The notes: generated from the letters alone by a model not told the origin. A DNA stretch of 64,000 nucleotides from an uncultured bacterium (GCA_963749495.1 CAVVMW010000010.1:672001-736000); one strand, 5' to 3'; numbered from the stretch's first letter, positions 9,494 through 20,787 are shown. Numbers and translations are program-made.

Positions 9494-10260
9494 ATGAGAC
9501 TTAGCCAGCAGCAAATCTATACGAGAGCCTCCTCGATGCCGCAGGTGCAATTCCAGGAACAACAACTGACCAGCTTCGGCGGTTTGCTCATCTTCCAGCA
9601 ACTCTTCGGCAAAATCCAACTCAAGGAGCGCTTGCACCAGTGCTCGGCCCATCTGGCCTGCCTGCCGGCAGGCAGGCCGGCAAGACCCTCTATCAGCCGC
9701 ACGTGGTTGTGCTCTGGCTCATCGTGCACCTGCTCCTGGGCTTTCGCAAGCTGCGCGACATCCAATTCTATAAAGAGGACCCGCTGGTGCGGCGCGTGCT
9801 GGGTCTCAAGGCGCTCCCGGACGTTTCGACCCTCAGCCGCATTCTGGCCGACTTCGATGAACCGGCGGTGGCCGCCCACCAGGGGTTGAATCGCCAGCAG
9901 GTCCTGGGACGACTGGCACAGGAGGGGCTCGCGCGCGTGACCTTGGACTTCGACGGCAGCGTCCTGTGGGCCAGCAAACACGCCGAAGGAACCGCAGTGG
10001 GCTTCAACAAGCAGAAGAAGGGCGCCCGGAGCTACTACCCCCTCTTCTGCACCGTGGCGCAGACGGCGCAAGTCCTGGACGTGTTGCACCGCTCGGGCAA
10101 CGTGCACGACTCCAATGGAGCCGTAGAGTTTGTGCGCCAATGTGTGGGGCGCCTGCGCCAAGCCCTGCCCGGAGTCCAGATCGAGGTCCGGATGGATAGC
10201 GCCTTTTTCAGTGATGAGATGGTTGGGGCGCTGGAGCAACTCGACGTGGAATTCACCGTG
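9494..10260 (+). pseudogene. IS1380-family transposase, frameshifted by the 20-bp palindrome and truncated
   Basis: LTSFGGL, TLDFDGS, SYYPL, RMDSAF motifs; similarity to copy 2 stops at 10260. Confidence 0.85.
9657..9676. repeat. 20-bp perfect palindrome CCTGCCTGCCGGCAGGCAGG
   Basis: Self reverse-complementary; removal gives in-frame HLAGKTLY. Confidence 0.95.
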
Positions 10261-10367
10261 TGCGCAGGCCGCGACCGGGAGCGCGAGATGTCGGTGGATC
10301 TCGTCGTCCGCTTGACCAATGCCGTGACCTCAATGTCGAGCCTTCGCGCTTCGTCAAGTCGTCTGGC

Positions 10368-11997
10368 CTACGGCTCCAACCGCACTTCGCCGCTTACGCT
10401 TGTGCCCAGGAAGAAGCCGGAACCGAAACCCTGACCCTGCAACAATACACCGCCGAATGAAACCGGCTTCGATGTAGCGGGATTCACCATGCTGCCATAA
10501 AACGCGCCCGTGGAGGGCGTAAAGGTCAAGCTAAGCTTTGGCCCGCTGAGTGTGGTAACACGGCTATTGCCCGCAAGCGCGATCCGGTTGGTGATGCCCT
10601 GCACCAAGCCGCCACTGTCCAGCGTCAAGGTCAAGTCCGTGGTGGTGGTCAGGCCCAACACATTGGTCCCTTTGACGGGAGGAAAGTACCGCGCCCCAAG
10701 CGCCTCGACAGCCAGGGAGGAGCCCGCAGGATAGTACTGCGTCTTGGCGGGCAGCTTCACCCAGGCGACGGTGCCGCCCACGTCCGAGGCGTTCGTGAAC
10801 GTAAGCCAACCCCACAGCACGCCCTGGCCGCTGTAGAGCGATGCGTAAAGCGGCCAGTGTCCGTACTTGGACACCGGCACGCTGGGCGTGAGCTTTGTCG
10901 CATCCGCCAACGTGCCCGTGAGCGACATCACGCCGTTCTTGCCGACGGTCAAGGTGCCGTAGCCGTCCCCAGCCGGTTTATTGGTGGACCCGTAAGCGCC
11001 AGCGAGGACCAGGGTGTAACTGCCCGCCTCCGGTGCCAGTTTGGTCTTGCCGTCATAGATCGCCCTGTCCCCTGTCAGTGTCGCCGTCCAAATCCCATCG
11101 CTCGCGCTGCCTGTCACCCGGTCTGTCTCGTTTGTCAGGTCCAGTTGGAGGGTCACCGTTAGCGCACTCATGTTGCGACGCGCAATCGTTTTGTTGGCTC
11201 TGCCGGTGAAATCGAATTGCGCGATGAGGGAATAGCGACCTCCTCCCACCTGCAAGCTGCCGGTGAAGGCTCCTTTAGCCGCAACCGTGATCGTGAAGAA
11301 ACCGCAACTCTGCTGAGAAACCCCGTTCGTTTCATCATAAAACAAGCCGTTGTAGGTGCCACTTACGACCGGGAAGGGATTCGGAATAAAATTGGCAACC
11401 AGGTTGCGGTCGCTACGCAGCGTGAAGGTATAGCTGGCCGAACCGCTCACCACGGCCCCGTTTTCTGCCCAGTTGGCGAAGATGTACCCGGCACTGGGAG
11501 TTGCGGTCACACTCCTCGAACTGCCCGCCTCGAAAGTACCGCCGCCGGTTACCCTGCCGCTAGCGGCAGGCACGGCAGTCACGGTGATGGTGTCAGTCGG
11601 GTTCATCGCAAAGTAGCCCACCAGATTCCGATTTGTCGCCACGGTAAAGCTGAAGCTGTTTGAGATGCTCAAGACCACTCCGTTTTCCGTCCATTCCAGG
11701 AAATGGTAGCCGGGGCTTGCGGTTGCGATCAGCACCACGAAGTCCCCATCGGTGTAGGTGCCCCCACCGGATATTGACCCGCCTGCTGTCGGGGATGCGC
11801 TCGCGGTGACCGTGTAAAGCACCGGCGTGCCTTTGGTGATCCGGTTGTTGTCCGTCACATAAACGTTGCCCGCGCTGTCCACCGCCACGCCTATGGGATC
11901 AGCAAAGCGCGCGGCGCTCCCCGTCCCGTCCGCATCGCCATAACTCCACGCCAGTCCGGCTAGCGTGGTCACGACTCCCTCCTGTGTCACTTTTCGG
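10368..11997 (-). pseudogene. 5'-truncated secreted protein: last NHL repeat, two InlB-B/Flg_new-like repeats, C-terminal beta domain
   Basis: RKVT..GVVTTLAG...AARF..P.GVAVDSAGNVYV; ATASPGYHFLEWTE and ATPSAGYIFANWAE repeats; cut at the IS-like end at 11998. Confidence 0.75.
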
Positions 11998-12275
11998 GTA
12001 ACTGCTCAGGTCTAAATTGGGCCGGGTGAACAGCGGCGGGGAAAGCGGCTCCAAAATAGTTTCATTTTGTACGGGACTCCGCCAAATCCGCTTGGTAATC
12101 TCGCCTCGTGCTCGAAGCCGAGATTATCCAAGGCCGCAAAATCAGTGGCGTCCACATCGCAGAGATTGGGGCGCTCATTGAGGCCAATCCGCTTTGGAGC
12201 CGCTGGCGCTTGTCTCGGGTTTTGGCTCAAAGATGGCAGTGGTATTCTGCTTCCGGCCAACTCAAAGACATGGCC
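11998..12275 (+). mobile_element. IS66-like terminus followed by N-terminal fragment of a DUF4338-like IS accessory gene
   Basis: Begins GTAACTGCTCAG (GTAA is typical of IS66 ends); 12108 ORF reads QGR.I....I.EI..LI..NP.WSR..LS..LA..WQW....GQLKDMA then breaks. Confidence 0.55.
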
Positions 12276-12740
12276 CTCCCCCTCCGTTCCGATGCCGTTG
12301 GGGTCGGGCAGGGCCAGATCGTCACCGACGAAAAACTCCGCCCCGGTTGCATCATGGTTGAACGGGTCTGTTTGCAGCAAGGCCCGCCATTGACTGCTGC
12401 TCCGGGCAGGGTACATCACATCCATTATCACGGTGTATTGATTCGCGAATTGGCCTCCGCCGTTGGGCGGGATTCCGTGACAGGCCCAGAAGCCCTGGTT
12501 GATCGAGTTGCTGCCAAAGCCCATGACGCGCGCCAGCAGGCCGTTGAGGTCCACGGCCTCAAAAGTAGTTATCGCCGCCGTGTCTCCCAGATATTCCAGA
12601 TCAGCCCCGACGGTCGCCCGCAAATCTCCCATATCGAAATCCCATTGCCCCGTAACGGCAAAATCCGCCGCTCGGCCCCAGGAATACCTGAGCAGCGCAA
12701 TACACACACTCGACAAAACAAGGACGGTCTTCCGGTGCTG
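12275..12740 (-). pseudogene. N-terminal fragment of a secreted LamG-like protein
   Basis: Signal-like segment, then GQWDFD.GDL.ATVG..LEY...NGGG...NQYT.IMDV..P.....WRALLQT...NGIG. Confidence 0.55.
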
Positions 12741-13078
12741 CACAAATGAATGGATCTTGCATTTGGCGCTGTCGTTCACCCGAAAAGATGAAAGAGGGCA
12801 GCCCGGCATTGTTTTATCCATTCGATTGCGCTTTCGTCAAGGGCCAGCTTCTGCTACAGGCAGAAGCCATCGTTTCAGAATTCCGGGAAAACATCAATGA
12901 CAAATCAAAGAAGCCCATGAAAACGAGCCTTTCCATGCCCAGTTGGCTGGCTCTGGCCGCGCTGGCAACCTTGAACCTCCAAATCGCAACCGCCTTCGCC
13001 CAACCCACGGCCTTCACTTATCAGGGCCGGCTTGATGCTGGCGGCAGCCCGGCCAATGGGTTTTACGATCTTCGATTC

Positions 13079-15533
13079 CAGAACTCCTGACATAGCCGTC
13101 AAACAAAATGTCCGCTTTTTGCCTCACGGCGCTTCCCGAATTGTGTAGCGCAGGCGCAAGCGCGAACCTGGAAAGAGGGTATTGGTCCGGTTGAGTTCCT
13201 CGCAAAGCGCGGCAATCGCCCGCGTGCGGTGCGGCGAACTTAGCGCAGCCAAGCTCACCCGCAACTCCGTTTGGGTGACTTCGAGATCCGCCGCGCTGGC
13301 CAAAGCCGATTGGATCAGAGTTCGACCTTCGTCGCCCACCCTCCGATAGTAGGGCGCGACTAATCTCAGCAAATCGCTCTCGGCTTGGTAAGCCACGATC
13401 TTAATCACATTGGTTAGATGTTTGCGTTCTGGAGCCAGTTTCACCACGGGCTCTTTGGTGATGCTTTGGATCGGCACTCGCCGGGGCACGGCGGCACGGC
13501 GTTTCTCCAGTCGCGCTACACGCTGCCAAGCAGTGTCGATTTGCTGGCCGAGCTTGCCCTGCGCGATCTTGAAGCCGCGCATGGTCTGCTGCTGCTGCTC
13601 CAGGTTGACCAGCGCCTCCAGGCCATATTCGGCCTGCAGCCGAGCCAGTTGGGCATACGCCTGGCGCAATTGGGCGTCCACGGCCGCCCAGACCGGGTTG
13701 GGAACCTCACGAGTGGGATCATCAGGCACCGCGGCATATTCGACTAACGCGTCCAACGCGTATTCGTCGCACAGGTATTTCAGGAAATTCTCTTGTCGCC
13801 AGCGATCAAACATGTGATAGGCGACTTGGGCAGCGCACAGATCCCGGCGCGAGGTCAGGACGGGGGTTTGGTGCCCGTTGTCCCTCAGGCGGGTGACCTG
13901 CCGCATGCGCAGCTTGCCCTTGAGCAAGCGCACCTCCTGGTCGGCCAGGACGTAGAGGAAGGTCCGTCCCTCACAACGGGTGCGACATGGCCGGAAGCGC
14001 TTGCGGGGGACGCGGCGGCAGCGCCCTTTGCGGTACGTCAGCACGTCAAAGCCCGCGGCCAGGATTTGGAGGAAGAGCTTGGGACTGTAGCCGCCGCGAT
14101 CAAAGGCTACGGTGATGCGTCGTTTGCCCACCAAGCTGCGCACCTGCTCCAGGATGCCGGGCAGCATCTTGACCAAGCCGGCGTTAGCCTGTGCCGTGAC
14201 GACAAAGAGCGGATCGCCGCACGTGTCGTTGACCCAATAGTCCGAAGTGGCCGGCACCGAGAGGCGCATCTGAGCCACGTGGGCCTTGGGCAGACGGTGC
14301 TTGCCGTGGTAAACCCGCACGTGGCCATCCACGTAGAGGAAACCCAAGGCGGCTCCGCGCAAGGCGACCCGTTGCTGGGCCAGAGCCAGGCCAAACTGCG
14401 CGGCGCGTCCGGTGGCCGCCAGGCAGGCCAGTTTCCGCCGCAGCGTTTTGACTTCGGGCGCCCGGTCCAAGCCCAGCACACGCCCCAAGTCTTGAGGGGA
14501 GTGTTCCTTGAGGCCCTCCGGTTGCTTGATGCGCCACAGCGCCATGAGCAAGAGTGTGAGCAAGCTGGTGCGCAATCCATAGAAGGCTGGCCCCAGGCTG
14601 CCGTAGATCCTCTGAGCACAGTCGAAAACGCCGCTGGCCACCAACGCCGGCAAGGCCAAGAGCACGCCGACGCACGGCACGGCGGCGGCGCACCCGAACA
14701 ACGGGGCTGCATCTTCCAGCAATCCCAGGCGTGCCAGCAACCGATCGGTCCAGCGATGAGCCGGGTCGGTGTCGAGGCTGCGCGGCAGTGGGCTCGGCGC
14801 CACGGATGCACAAAAAGCGGACAGTTTTGGGTTCCCCCCAGATGCGGGTGAATGAGTCGATGAAGGGGTCTCCACGGGGGGCTGGTTCGCAGCGGTGGTC
14901 GTCCGCGGCTCAAGAGGCAGTTCGGTCTGAACGACCATCCGTGCGGGCTTCCAGCCTAAACGTTGCACGGTTTTGCGGACGGCTTGCACACTGACCCCAA
15001 GCCGCCGCGCGATCTCGTAGTGCGAGCGGCCTTGGGCCTTGAGCCGTTGGACCCAGCCTCGCCGAGAGGCCGCCAGGCGGGCACGCCCCTGCGGATAACC
15101 GCGGGGGCGTCCCAGTGCAGCCAAGCCGCCCCCCTCGAAGCGTTGTTGACAGCGCCGCACCGTGCGGACCGAGTAACCAAAGGCTCTGGCCACGTCGTTC
15201 TGATCCGCCCAACCTACATCGATCAGGCTCACCATGGCGTGGGCTTCGGACATGCGGTCGCCCACCGCATACTGTGCCAGGGGCATTCCTGACACGAGCA
15301 CAAGGCGGTGACCTTCCTGCGTCAGCAGCAGGCATCGCTCGTTGATGACATGGGTGCCTTGTGGGTTTCGCGCCTCTGGAAAGAGGTCGTCGCATAGGGT
15401 ATTGGCCATACGCGCCGATGTTAGCCCGGCGGTCAAAAAAGCGGACAGTTTTGGGTTCCCCCCCCCGCCAGTATTGTCCGCCCAGAAAATGCCCAGAAAT
15501 GGCGAAAACTATGAGGCTATGTCAGGAGTTCTG
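13079..15533 (-). mobile_element. Complete 2455-bp IS with 19-bp perfect TIRs and target duplication
   Basis: CAGAACTCCTGACATAGCC / GGCTATGTCAGGAGTTCTG flanked by GATTC direct repeats (13074-13078, 15534-15538; alternatively a 3-bp ATT duplication); excision rejoins the host frame. Confidence 0.92.
13124..15436 (-). CDS. Putative DDE transposase with N-terminal HTH domains (family not confidently assigned)
   Basis: ~770 aa; LYVDGH, FDRGG and RWRQEN acidic triad pattern; two HTH-like segments; fills the TIR-bounded element. Confidence 0.85.
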   Translation of the reverse strand: MTAGLTSARMANTLCDDLFPEARNPQGTHVINERCLLLTQEGHRLVLVSGMPLAQYAVGDRMSEAHAMVSLIDVGWADQNDVARAFGYSVRTVRRCQQRFEGGGLAALGRPRGYPQGRARLAASRRGWVQRLKAQGRSHYEIARRLGVSVQAVRKTVQRLGWKPARMVVQTELPLEPRTTTAANQPPVETPSSTHSPASGGNPKLSAFCASVAPSPLPRSLDTDPAHRWTDRLLARLGLLEDAAPLFGCAAAVPCVGVLLALPALVASGVFDCAQRIYGSLGPAFYGLRTSLLTLLLMALWRIKQPEGLKEHSPQDLGRVLGLDRAPEVKTLRRKLACLAATGRAAQFGLALAQQRVALRGAALGFLYVDGHVRVYHGKHRLPKAHVAQMRLSVPATSDYWVNDTCGDPLFVVTAQANAGLVKMLPGILEQVRSLVGKRRITVAFDRGGYSPKLFLQILAAGFDVLTYRKGRCRRVPRKRFRPCRTRCEGRTFLYVLADQEVRLLKGKLRMRQVTRLRDNGHQTPVLTSRRDLCAAQVAYHMFDRWRQENFLKYLCDEYALDALVEYAAVPDDPTREVPNPVWAAVDAQLRQAYAQLARLQAEYGLEALVNLEQQQQTMRGFKIAQGKLGQQIDTAWQRVARLEKRRAAVPRRVPIQSITKEPVVKLAPERKHLTNVIKIVAYQAESDLLRLVAPYYRRVGDEGRTLIQSALASAADLEVTQTELRVSLAALSSPHRTRAIAALCEELNRTNTLFPGSRLRLRYTIREAP

Positions 15534-17398
15534 GATTCACCGTCTACGATGCCGCCACCAACGGCGCCGCCGTGGCCGGGCCCTGAGGAATTCCGCCGTC
15601 GCGATCTCCAACGGCCTGTTTACCGTGGCGCTCGACTTCGGGGCCGTCTTCGATGGGACCGACCAGTGGCTGCAGATTGGTGTGCGCAGCACTGGCGCGG
15701 GGCCCTTCACCAGCCTGGCCCCGCTCCAGGCGCTGACCGCCGTTCCTTACGCTCTCACGGCCAAAATGGCGGCCAGCCTCGCAGGCGCACTGCCGGCCAC
15801 CCAGTTGAGCGGGACCGTCCCGCTCGATCAACTGCCCAGTACCCTCCTGACCAACGGCCAGGCCGGCGTCAGGCTCACGGGCGCCTTCGGAGGCAACGCC
15901 GTCGGGTTGACAAACATTCCCATTGCCTCCATCGCGTTGCCCGGACAAATCCTTACTAATGGTGTGGCCAACTCGGTCACTTTCCAGGGCAACGTGAGGG
16001 TGAATGGCGTGTTTACCGGTTCCAGTGCCGGAGCGTCGGGGTTTAAGACTCCCTATGACTACGGTGCAACTGGAACCGGCTCCGATGAAACCGCCAACCT
16101 CCAAGCCTGGTTGAACGATGCTTCAGCCAATAACTATATAGCTTTGTTGCCGCCAGCCCCTTATGGTTATTGGATTTTCTCGAACACACTCACGATTCCC
16201 GGAAGCATTTTTATCCTGGGCGCCGGAGGCGAGACCTATCAACCAATCACTCAAGGGTCAACCAGAAGCCGGCTGATGCAGATTGCTGCCAACCAAAACG
16301 GGCTCGATGTCTTGTACCAGTTCGACAACATCCGCATCGAGAATATCCTGCTGTGCGCATCCCCGGCGAAAAACTGGTTGAATTCCAATGTGGGGATTGC
16401 GTTCTCGGGGCAGCGGGGCGGAAGCGACCAGTCTTGCTTGCGCAATGTGGGAGTGACCAACTACGGCACCGGCTACGCTTTTCTCGGCTCTCCCGTTTCC
16501 TCCGCCGATGGAATCTCCTGCGGGTTTTGCCGAACCGGAATGGTCTTCAACAGCATCGGCGGCTACATGAGTTTGAGGAACGTCGAGCTTGGAGGCGTCT
16601 GCTATAGCAACCAAATCTGGGTGCAGACTGGTTTTGTCTCTTTCCATGATTCTGATCTAGGCCCCGACTTTAACAACGAAACTGTAATTATCAACAACGG
16701 GGTAGTGTCGTTCTGGAATTGCACATTTGAGTCACAAGCATTTGTGGGAACTGTTCATGTGTTGAATGGCGGCAATGCCTCCTTCCATGATTGCTACTCG
16801 ATGCCCGCATTGGGCAGCACTCTAATCAATGTCAACAATGGAAGGGCTGCGGTCTATAATAGCGCATTTTACTGCGTGGATTCTTATGGTTTTGCAATCC
16901 GCGAGACTAATTCTGATAGCGTTGGCGTATTTGCCAGTCCAGCACAAGGGGTGTTGAGCATTATTAACTATGGCGGCCCCAGCACTTTCGTGACTAATTG
17001 GATCGATGACCATCGCATGCTCCTCGAAAGCGCAGGCAATGGGTGGAATGCCTCTGACCCGGCTGCGTGGTATAACCAAGGATCGAGATTCATTAACTAC
17101 TCCGGCACTGGGACGGCGGACGCAAAGGACAAGCTGATGACATATCCCTACATGGCCAACACCAACGTCGCGGTTGACCTCTTCGAGTATTACAAGGACT
17201 GCCAGAATGGGACGATCACCAACGGCGGCCTCATCTGGTATGTCACCAACAACACCCCAAGCGCGAGCATGCCAAACGGGTCAATCGCAACAACAACCGA
17301 TGGCCGCTTCTTTGTCAGGAGCAACTCAACCTGGGTCCTTCACTGATCGGCCAATTGGAGCTTGCGTGTTTGGCCGGCGCGGAGTAGGATGCCGGCAC

Positions 17399-18150
17399 AT
17401 GAAGCCGTTGGTCAAGAACCGAACTCGGCTCCGCCCGGCGCGCAGCCCAGGGCCGTTGACACAGTGGTCTCTTGGGGTGCGCCGGCGGAGCGAAGCGGGG
17501 ACGGCGCTTTGGGCCGCCCGGGACGCCCAAGAAAGCCAGACGCTGGCCGAGCCAAAGCGGTGTCGCGCTCCGCTTGCCACCGCACTCCAAAGTGGCCGGC
17601 CCGGGTTCACTCTGATCGAGTTGCTGGTCGTGATTGCCATCATCGCCATCCTGGCGAGCATGCTGTTGCCAGCGCTGTCCCGGGCCAAGGAGAGGGCCAA
17701 ATCCATCAAATGCATGAGCAACATCCCGCAGATGTGCTTGAGTTACAACCTCTACCCCCAAGACAACAAAGACGAGGTGGTGACGCTTTACCTGTACGAT
17801 ACGGCCCCGCCGGGCGCCTTCTACCCGGGGTCGGTCACCTGGTGGGTGGACCTCTTCCGGCCCTACCTGCAGGGGACCAACGTCCTGGCCTGTCCCACCG
17901 TGTCGAGCGGGATTGCGTTTGTCGCCGGCGGCCCGGGCGGGCTCGGCGTGGCGTTGGGCCATCCCGAGCTTTCGGCCTGGTCAACGCAATGGCGGCCCAA
18001 GTTGTCCTGGCTCAAGCAACCGGTTAAGAAGCTGCCCTTTGTGGATTCCGGCCTGATCGGCAATCCGCGCGCCACAAACCCGGACAATTGGGTCGAGGTG
18101 CTCCACCAGCAGGCCCTCTATTGGCGTGTGCCCACCAACCTGAGTTATTA
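17399..18150 (+). pseudogene. Prepilin-type N-terminal cleavage/methylation domain protein, 3'-truncated
   Basis: GFTLIELLVVIAIIAILASMLLPALSRAKE; runs into an inverted NHL fragment at ~18150. Confidence 0.85.
17472..17590. repeat. REP/MITE-like imperfect inverted repeat pair, in frame in the prepilin leader
   Basis: TTGGGGTGCG...GCGCTTTGG (17472-17512) versus CCAAAGCGG...CGCACTCCAA (17552-17590). Confidence 0.7.
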
Positions 18151-18234
18151 CCTTTTCGGATCGTGGAGGCGAAGTAATCCGTCACATAAACGTTGCCCGC
18201 GCTGTCCACCGCCACGCAGGAAGGACTTGTAAAC
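18150..18234 (-). pseudogene. Isolated single NHL-repeat fragment
   Basis: FTSPSCVAVDSAGNVYVTDYFASTIRKG. Confidence 0.7.
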
Positions 18235-18424
18235 TGCCACCGTTGAAATCGAATGGATGCAAAACGGGCGATCCGGAATGGGATCTTCTTCTGGTGGGTT
18301 TTCTTCGAAAGATTCGCTGAAATCTCTTCTTCCTTCTTCGTCGTTCTGAGTCTTCTTCCGGCTGGATTTTCTTCCGTCGGCTCTCCTGGTTTTCCGATAC
18401 TGGTTCCTTTTGATGTTGGAACCA

Positions 18425-19044
18425 ATGAAGCCGCCCAGACCTCGACACAAGTGCTTGAACTGCAAGGGACTTTTTCTTCCCGACTACCGGGGCGGACAAC
18501 GTCAGCGACTGGCCTACCGGCAGGCAGGTATTGTTTCAAACCCGACTGCCGCAAGGCCAGAAGGCGCGAGCTCCAGCGGGCCTGGTTAGCCAAGCCGGCG
18601 AACGAGAATTACTTCCGGGACGCCGAGAATGCTGAGCGGGTCCGCGACTGGCAGAAGGAGCATCCCGGCTACTGGAAAAACACCGCTCGCTACCGGCGCC
18701 GTACCTTACAAGACGGCTGCTCGGAGCAAGCTCCTGCGGCACAGGAGGTTGCGCCGACCTCTCCGAGCCGTACCTTACAAGACCTCTGTTCGATGCAAGT
18801 GCCTCTGTCTGTGGGCATTATCTCCATGTTCATCGGCAGTACCTTACCAGACGACATCGCCACCAGCACCCGGCGACTGGTAATTAAGGGAAATGACATT
18901 CTGGGCATGGTGCTCGGAATGAATCTTGAAAGGTTATTGCATGAAAAAACGTGTCCTCAATCCGGAGCGACTCCGGAAAGTCCCGCCCCAGTTCAGTTGG
19001 ATCGATCACCGGCTGGTGCAGGAAAATTACTTCCTCCGGTGTGA
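18425..19044 (+). pseudogene. IS21-associated Cys-rich (CxxC...CxxxxC) protein frameshifted by a 20-bp palindrome variant
   Basis: Removing 18509-18528 gives a 600-nt ORF: MKPPRPRHKCLNC...QRQRYCFKPDCRKA...WLAKPANENYF. Confidence 0.8.
18509..18528. repeat. Variant of the 20-bp palindrome (CTGGCCTACCGGCAGGCAGG, 17/20)
   Basis: Direct comparison with 9657-9676; removal restores the frame. Confidence 0.85.
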
Positions 19045-19312
19045 ACACTCGGCCTGGGCGCTCTACCTGTTCCTGACCAGCGTGGCCGATGCCCAGGGCC
19101 TGAGCTACTACTCGGACGCCTCGCTGATGCGGCGATTGAAAATGGATGCGCTGACGCTTTCGGCCAGTCGCCAACAACTGGTCCAAGCCGGGCTGGTGGC
19201 CTATGAAAAGCCCTTCTACCAGGTTCTGAGCCTGGAGCCGGTCGGCACGCCCCGCTCGGGCCCGATCAGCGTGGGAGAGCTTTTGCGCCAGGCGCTGGGA
19301 GGCCAGCCATGA
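18941..19312 (+). CDS. IS21-associated small winged-HTH-like protein
   Basis: RLRKVP.QFSWID.RL...LYLFL..VAD..GLSYYS; stop overlaps the istA start (ATGA). Confidence 0.75.
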   Translation: MKKRVLNPERLRKVPPQFSWIDHRLVQENYFLRCEHSAWALYLFLTSVADAQGLSYYSDASLMRRLKMDALTLSASRQQLVQAGLVAYEKPFYQVLSLEPVGTPRSGPISVGELLRQALGGQP

Positions 19313-20787
19313 TCGACTATCAAACCTATTGCCAGATTCGGCACCTGTTCACCGAGAAGCACCTGGGTCTGCGGCAGATTGCCCGCCAACTCAAACTGGG
19401 TTTGAACACGGTGCGCAAGTGGTCCCGGCGGGAGAGCTTTGCGCGAGCCCCTCTGCCCAAGCGCCCCAGCAAACTCGATCCGTTCAAGGGGGAGATCATC
19501 CGTCTGCTGGAACAACACGATTACTCGGCCCAGCAGATTTTCCAGCAGGTCAAAGAACATGGCTACCAGGGCCGATACACGATCCTCCGGGCGTTTGTGC
19601 GCCAGGTGCATCCCAGGCCGCGACCGGCCTTCCTGACGCTTCACTTCGAACCCGGTGAGTGCGCCCAGGTGGACTGGGGTTGCGCCGGTTCGGTCCCGGT
19701 GGGCTCCACGCGCCGGCGTCTGTCCTTTTTCCTCATGGTGTTGGCGTTCAGCCGCAAACTGTATCTGGAGTTCACCCTGGCCGAAACGCTGGAGCATTTT
19801 CTGTCCTGCCACCAGCACGCCTTCGAATACTTCGGCGGGGTGGTGCGCCAGGTCTGGGTCGATAACTGCAAGGTGGCCGTCCTGAGCCGGGCGGCTGGTT
19901 CGATTGTGTTCAACCCCCGTTACTTGGATTTTGCCAACCATCACGGCTTTGAAATCCGGGCTTGTGGCGTCGGGCAGCCCCAGGAAAAAGGACGCGTCGA
20001 AAACGGCGTGGGCTATGTCAAAAAGAACTTCCTCAACGGCCTGGAGTTGTCGGATTTTCAAATCGTCAATCCGGCGGCGCGCTATTGGCTGGATACGGTG
20101 GCCAATGTCCGGGTTCACGGTCAGACCCAAAAAACGCCCCGGGAACTCTTCCCTCAGGAAAAGCTCAAACCCCTGCATCCGCTGCCGTACGAAGCGGCCG
20201 TCCTGGACACCATCCGGGTCAACAGTCAGTTCCGCATCAAAGTTGATGGCAACGCTTACTCGGTTCCCTGCCAGTATGCGTCGAGCAAGCTCACCTTGAA
20301 ACGGTTCCCCGACCGGCTCTTGGTCTATGACCAGGAAAAGCTCGTGGCCGAGCATGTGCGCCGCTACGACCGCAACCAGGATTACGAGTTGCCCGACCAC
20401 GTGGCGCCCTTGCTCCTGCACCGCAAGAAGGCGCGTGAGCAAAAGCTCTTCCTGCGCTTTTTGGCCCTCTGCCCCAAGGCACAAGATTACTACCAGCAAC
20501 TGGAACAGCGGCGCCTCAACCCCAAACACCACGTCCAGAAGATCGTCGCCTTGAGCGAGCTTTATGGCATCGAAGCGGTGGCCCGCGCTCTGGAAGATGC
20601 CTTCACCTATCAGGCCTTCTCGTGCGAATACATCGCCAACCTTTTACAGCAACGCCAGCATCCGCCCCAGGAACCCGGCGCCTTGCACCTGACTCGGCAA
20701 CAAGACCTGCTGGAGTTGGAACTGCCCCCTCCGGACCTCTCCCTTTACGACTCCAAAAACCATCCAGACTCCCCAACCAATCCATGA
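19309..20787 (+). CDS. istA: IS21-family transposase
   Basis: N-terminal HTH, SKLDPFK, PGE.AQVDW, DNCK, KGRVEN.V.Y. Confidence 0.95.
   Translation: MIDYQTYCQIRHLFTEKHLGLRQIARQLKLGLNTVRKWSRRESFARAPLPKRPSKLDPFKGEIIRLLEQHDYSAQQIFQQVKEHGYQGRYTILRAFVRQVHPRPRPAFLTLHFEPGECAQVDWGCAGSVPVGSTRRRLSFFLMVLAFSRKLYLEFTLAETLEHFLSCHQHAFEYFGGVVRQVWVDNCKVAVLSRAAGSIVFNPRYLDFANHHGFEIRACGVGQPQEKGRVENGVGYVKKNFLNGLELSDFQIVNPAARYWLDTVANVRVHGQTQKTPRELFPQEKLKPLHPLPYEAAVLDTIRVNSQFRIKVDGNAYSVPCQYASSKLTLKRFPDRLLVYDQEKLVAEHVRRYDRNQDYELPDHVAPLLLHRKKAREQKLFLRFLALCPKAQDYYQQLEQRRLNPKHHVQKIVALSELYGIEAVARALEDAFTYQAFSCEYIANLLQQRQHPPQEPGALHLTRQQDLLELELPPPDLSLYDSKNHPDSPTNP

Larger units (their letters stand above)
8861..10260 (+). 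mobile_element. IS1380-like element, copy 1, 3'-truncated
   Basis: Left end CCCCCAGGTTGCACAAAAA resembles the copy-2 TIR; ~9040-10260 is nearly identical to 21850-23070. Confidence 0.85.
12917..17346 (+). pseudogene. Secreted beta-helix (pectate lyase 3 / tailspike-like) protein interrupted by an IS, plus a frameshift near 15585
   Basis: Signal peptide + TAFTYQGRL...YDLRF | IS | TVYDA...NGLFTVALDFG; later FKTPYDYGATGTGSDET and Asn/Gly-rich beta-helix-like sequence. Confidence 0.75.

Noticed and set aside
12108..12275. DUF4338/DruA-like sequence as a Druantia defence system
   Set aside because: Only a short N-terminal fragment beside an IS-like end; no other Druantia genes.
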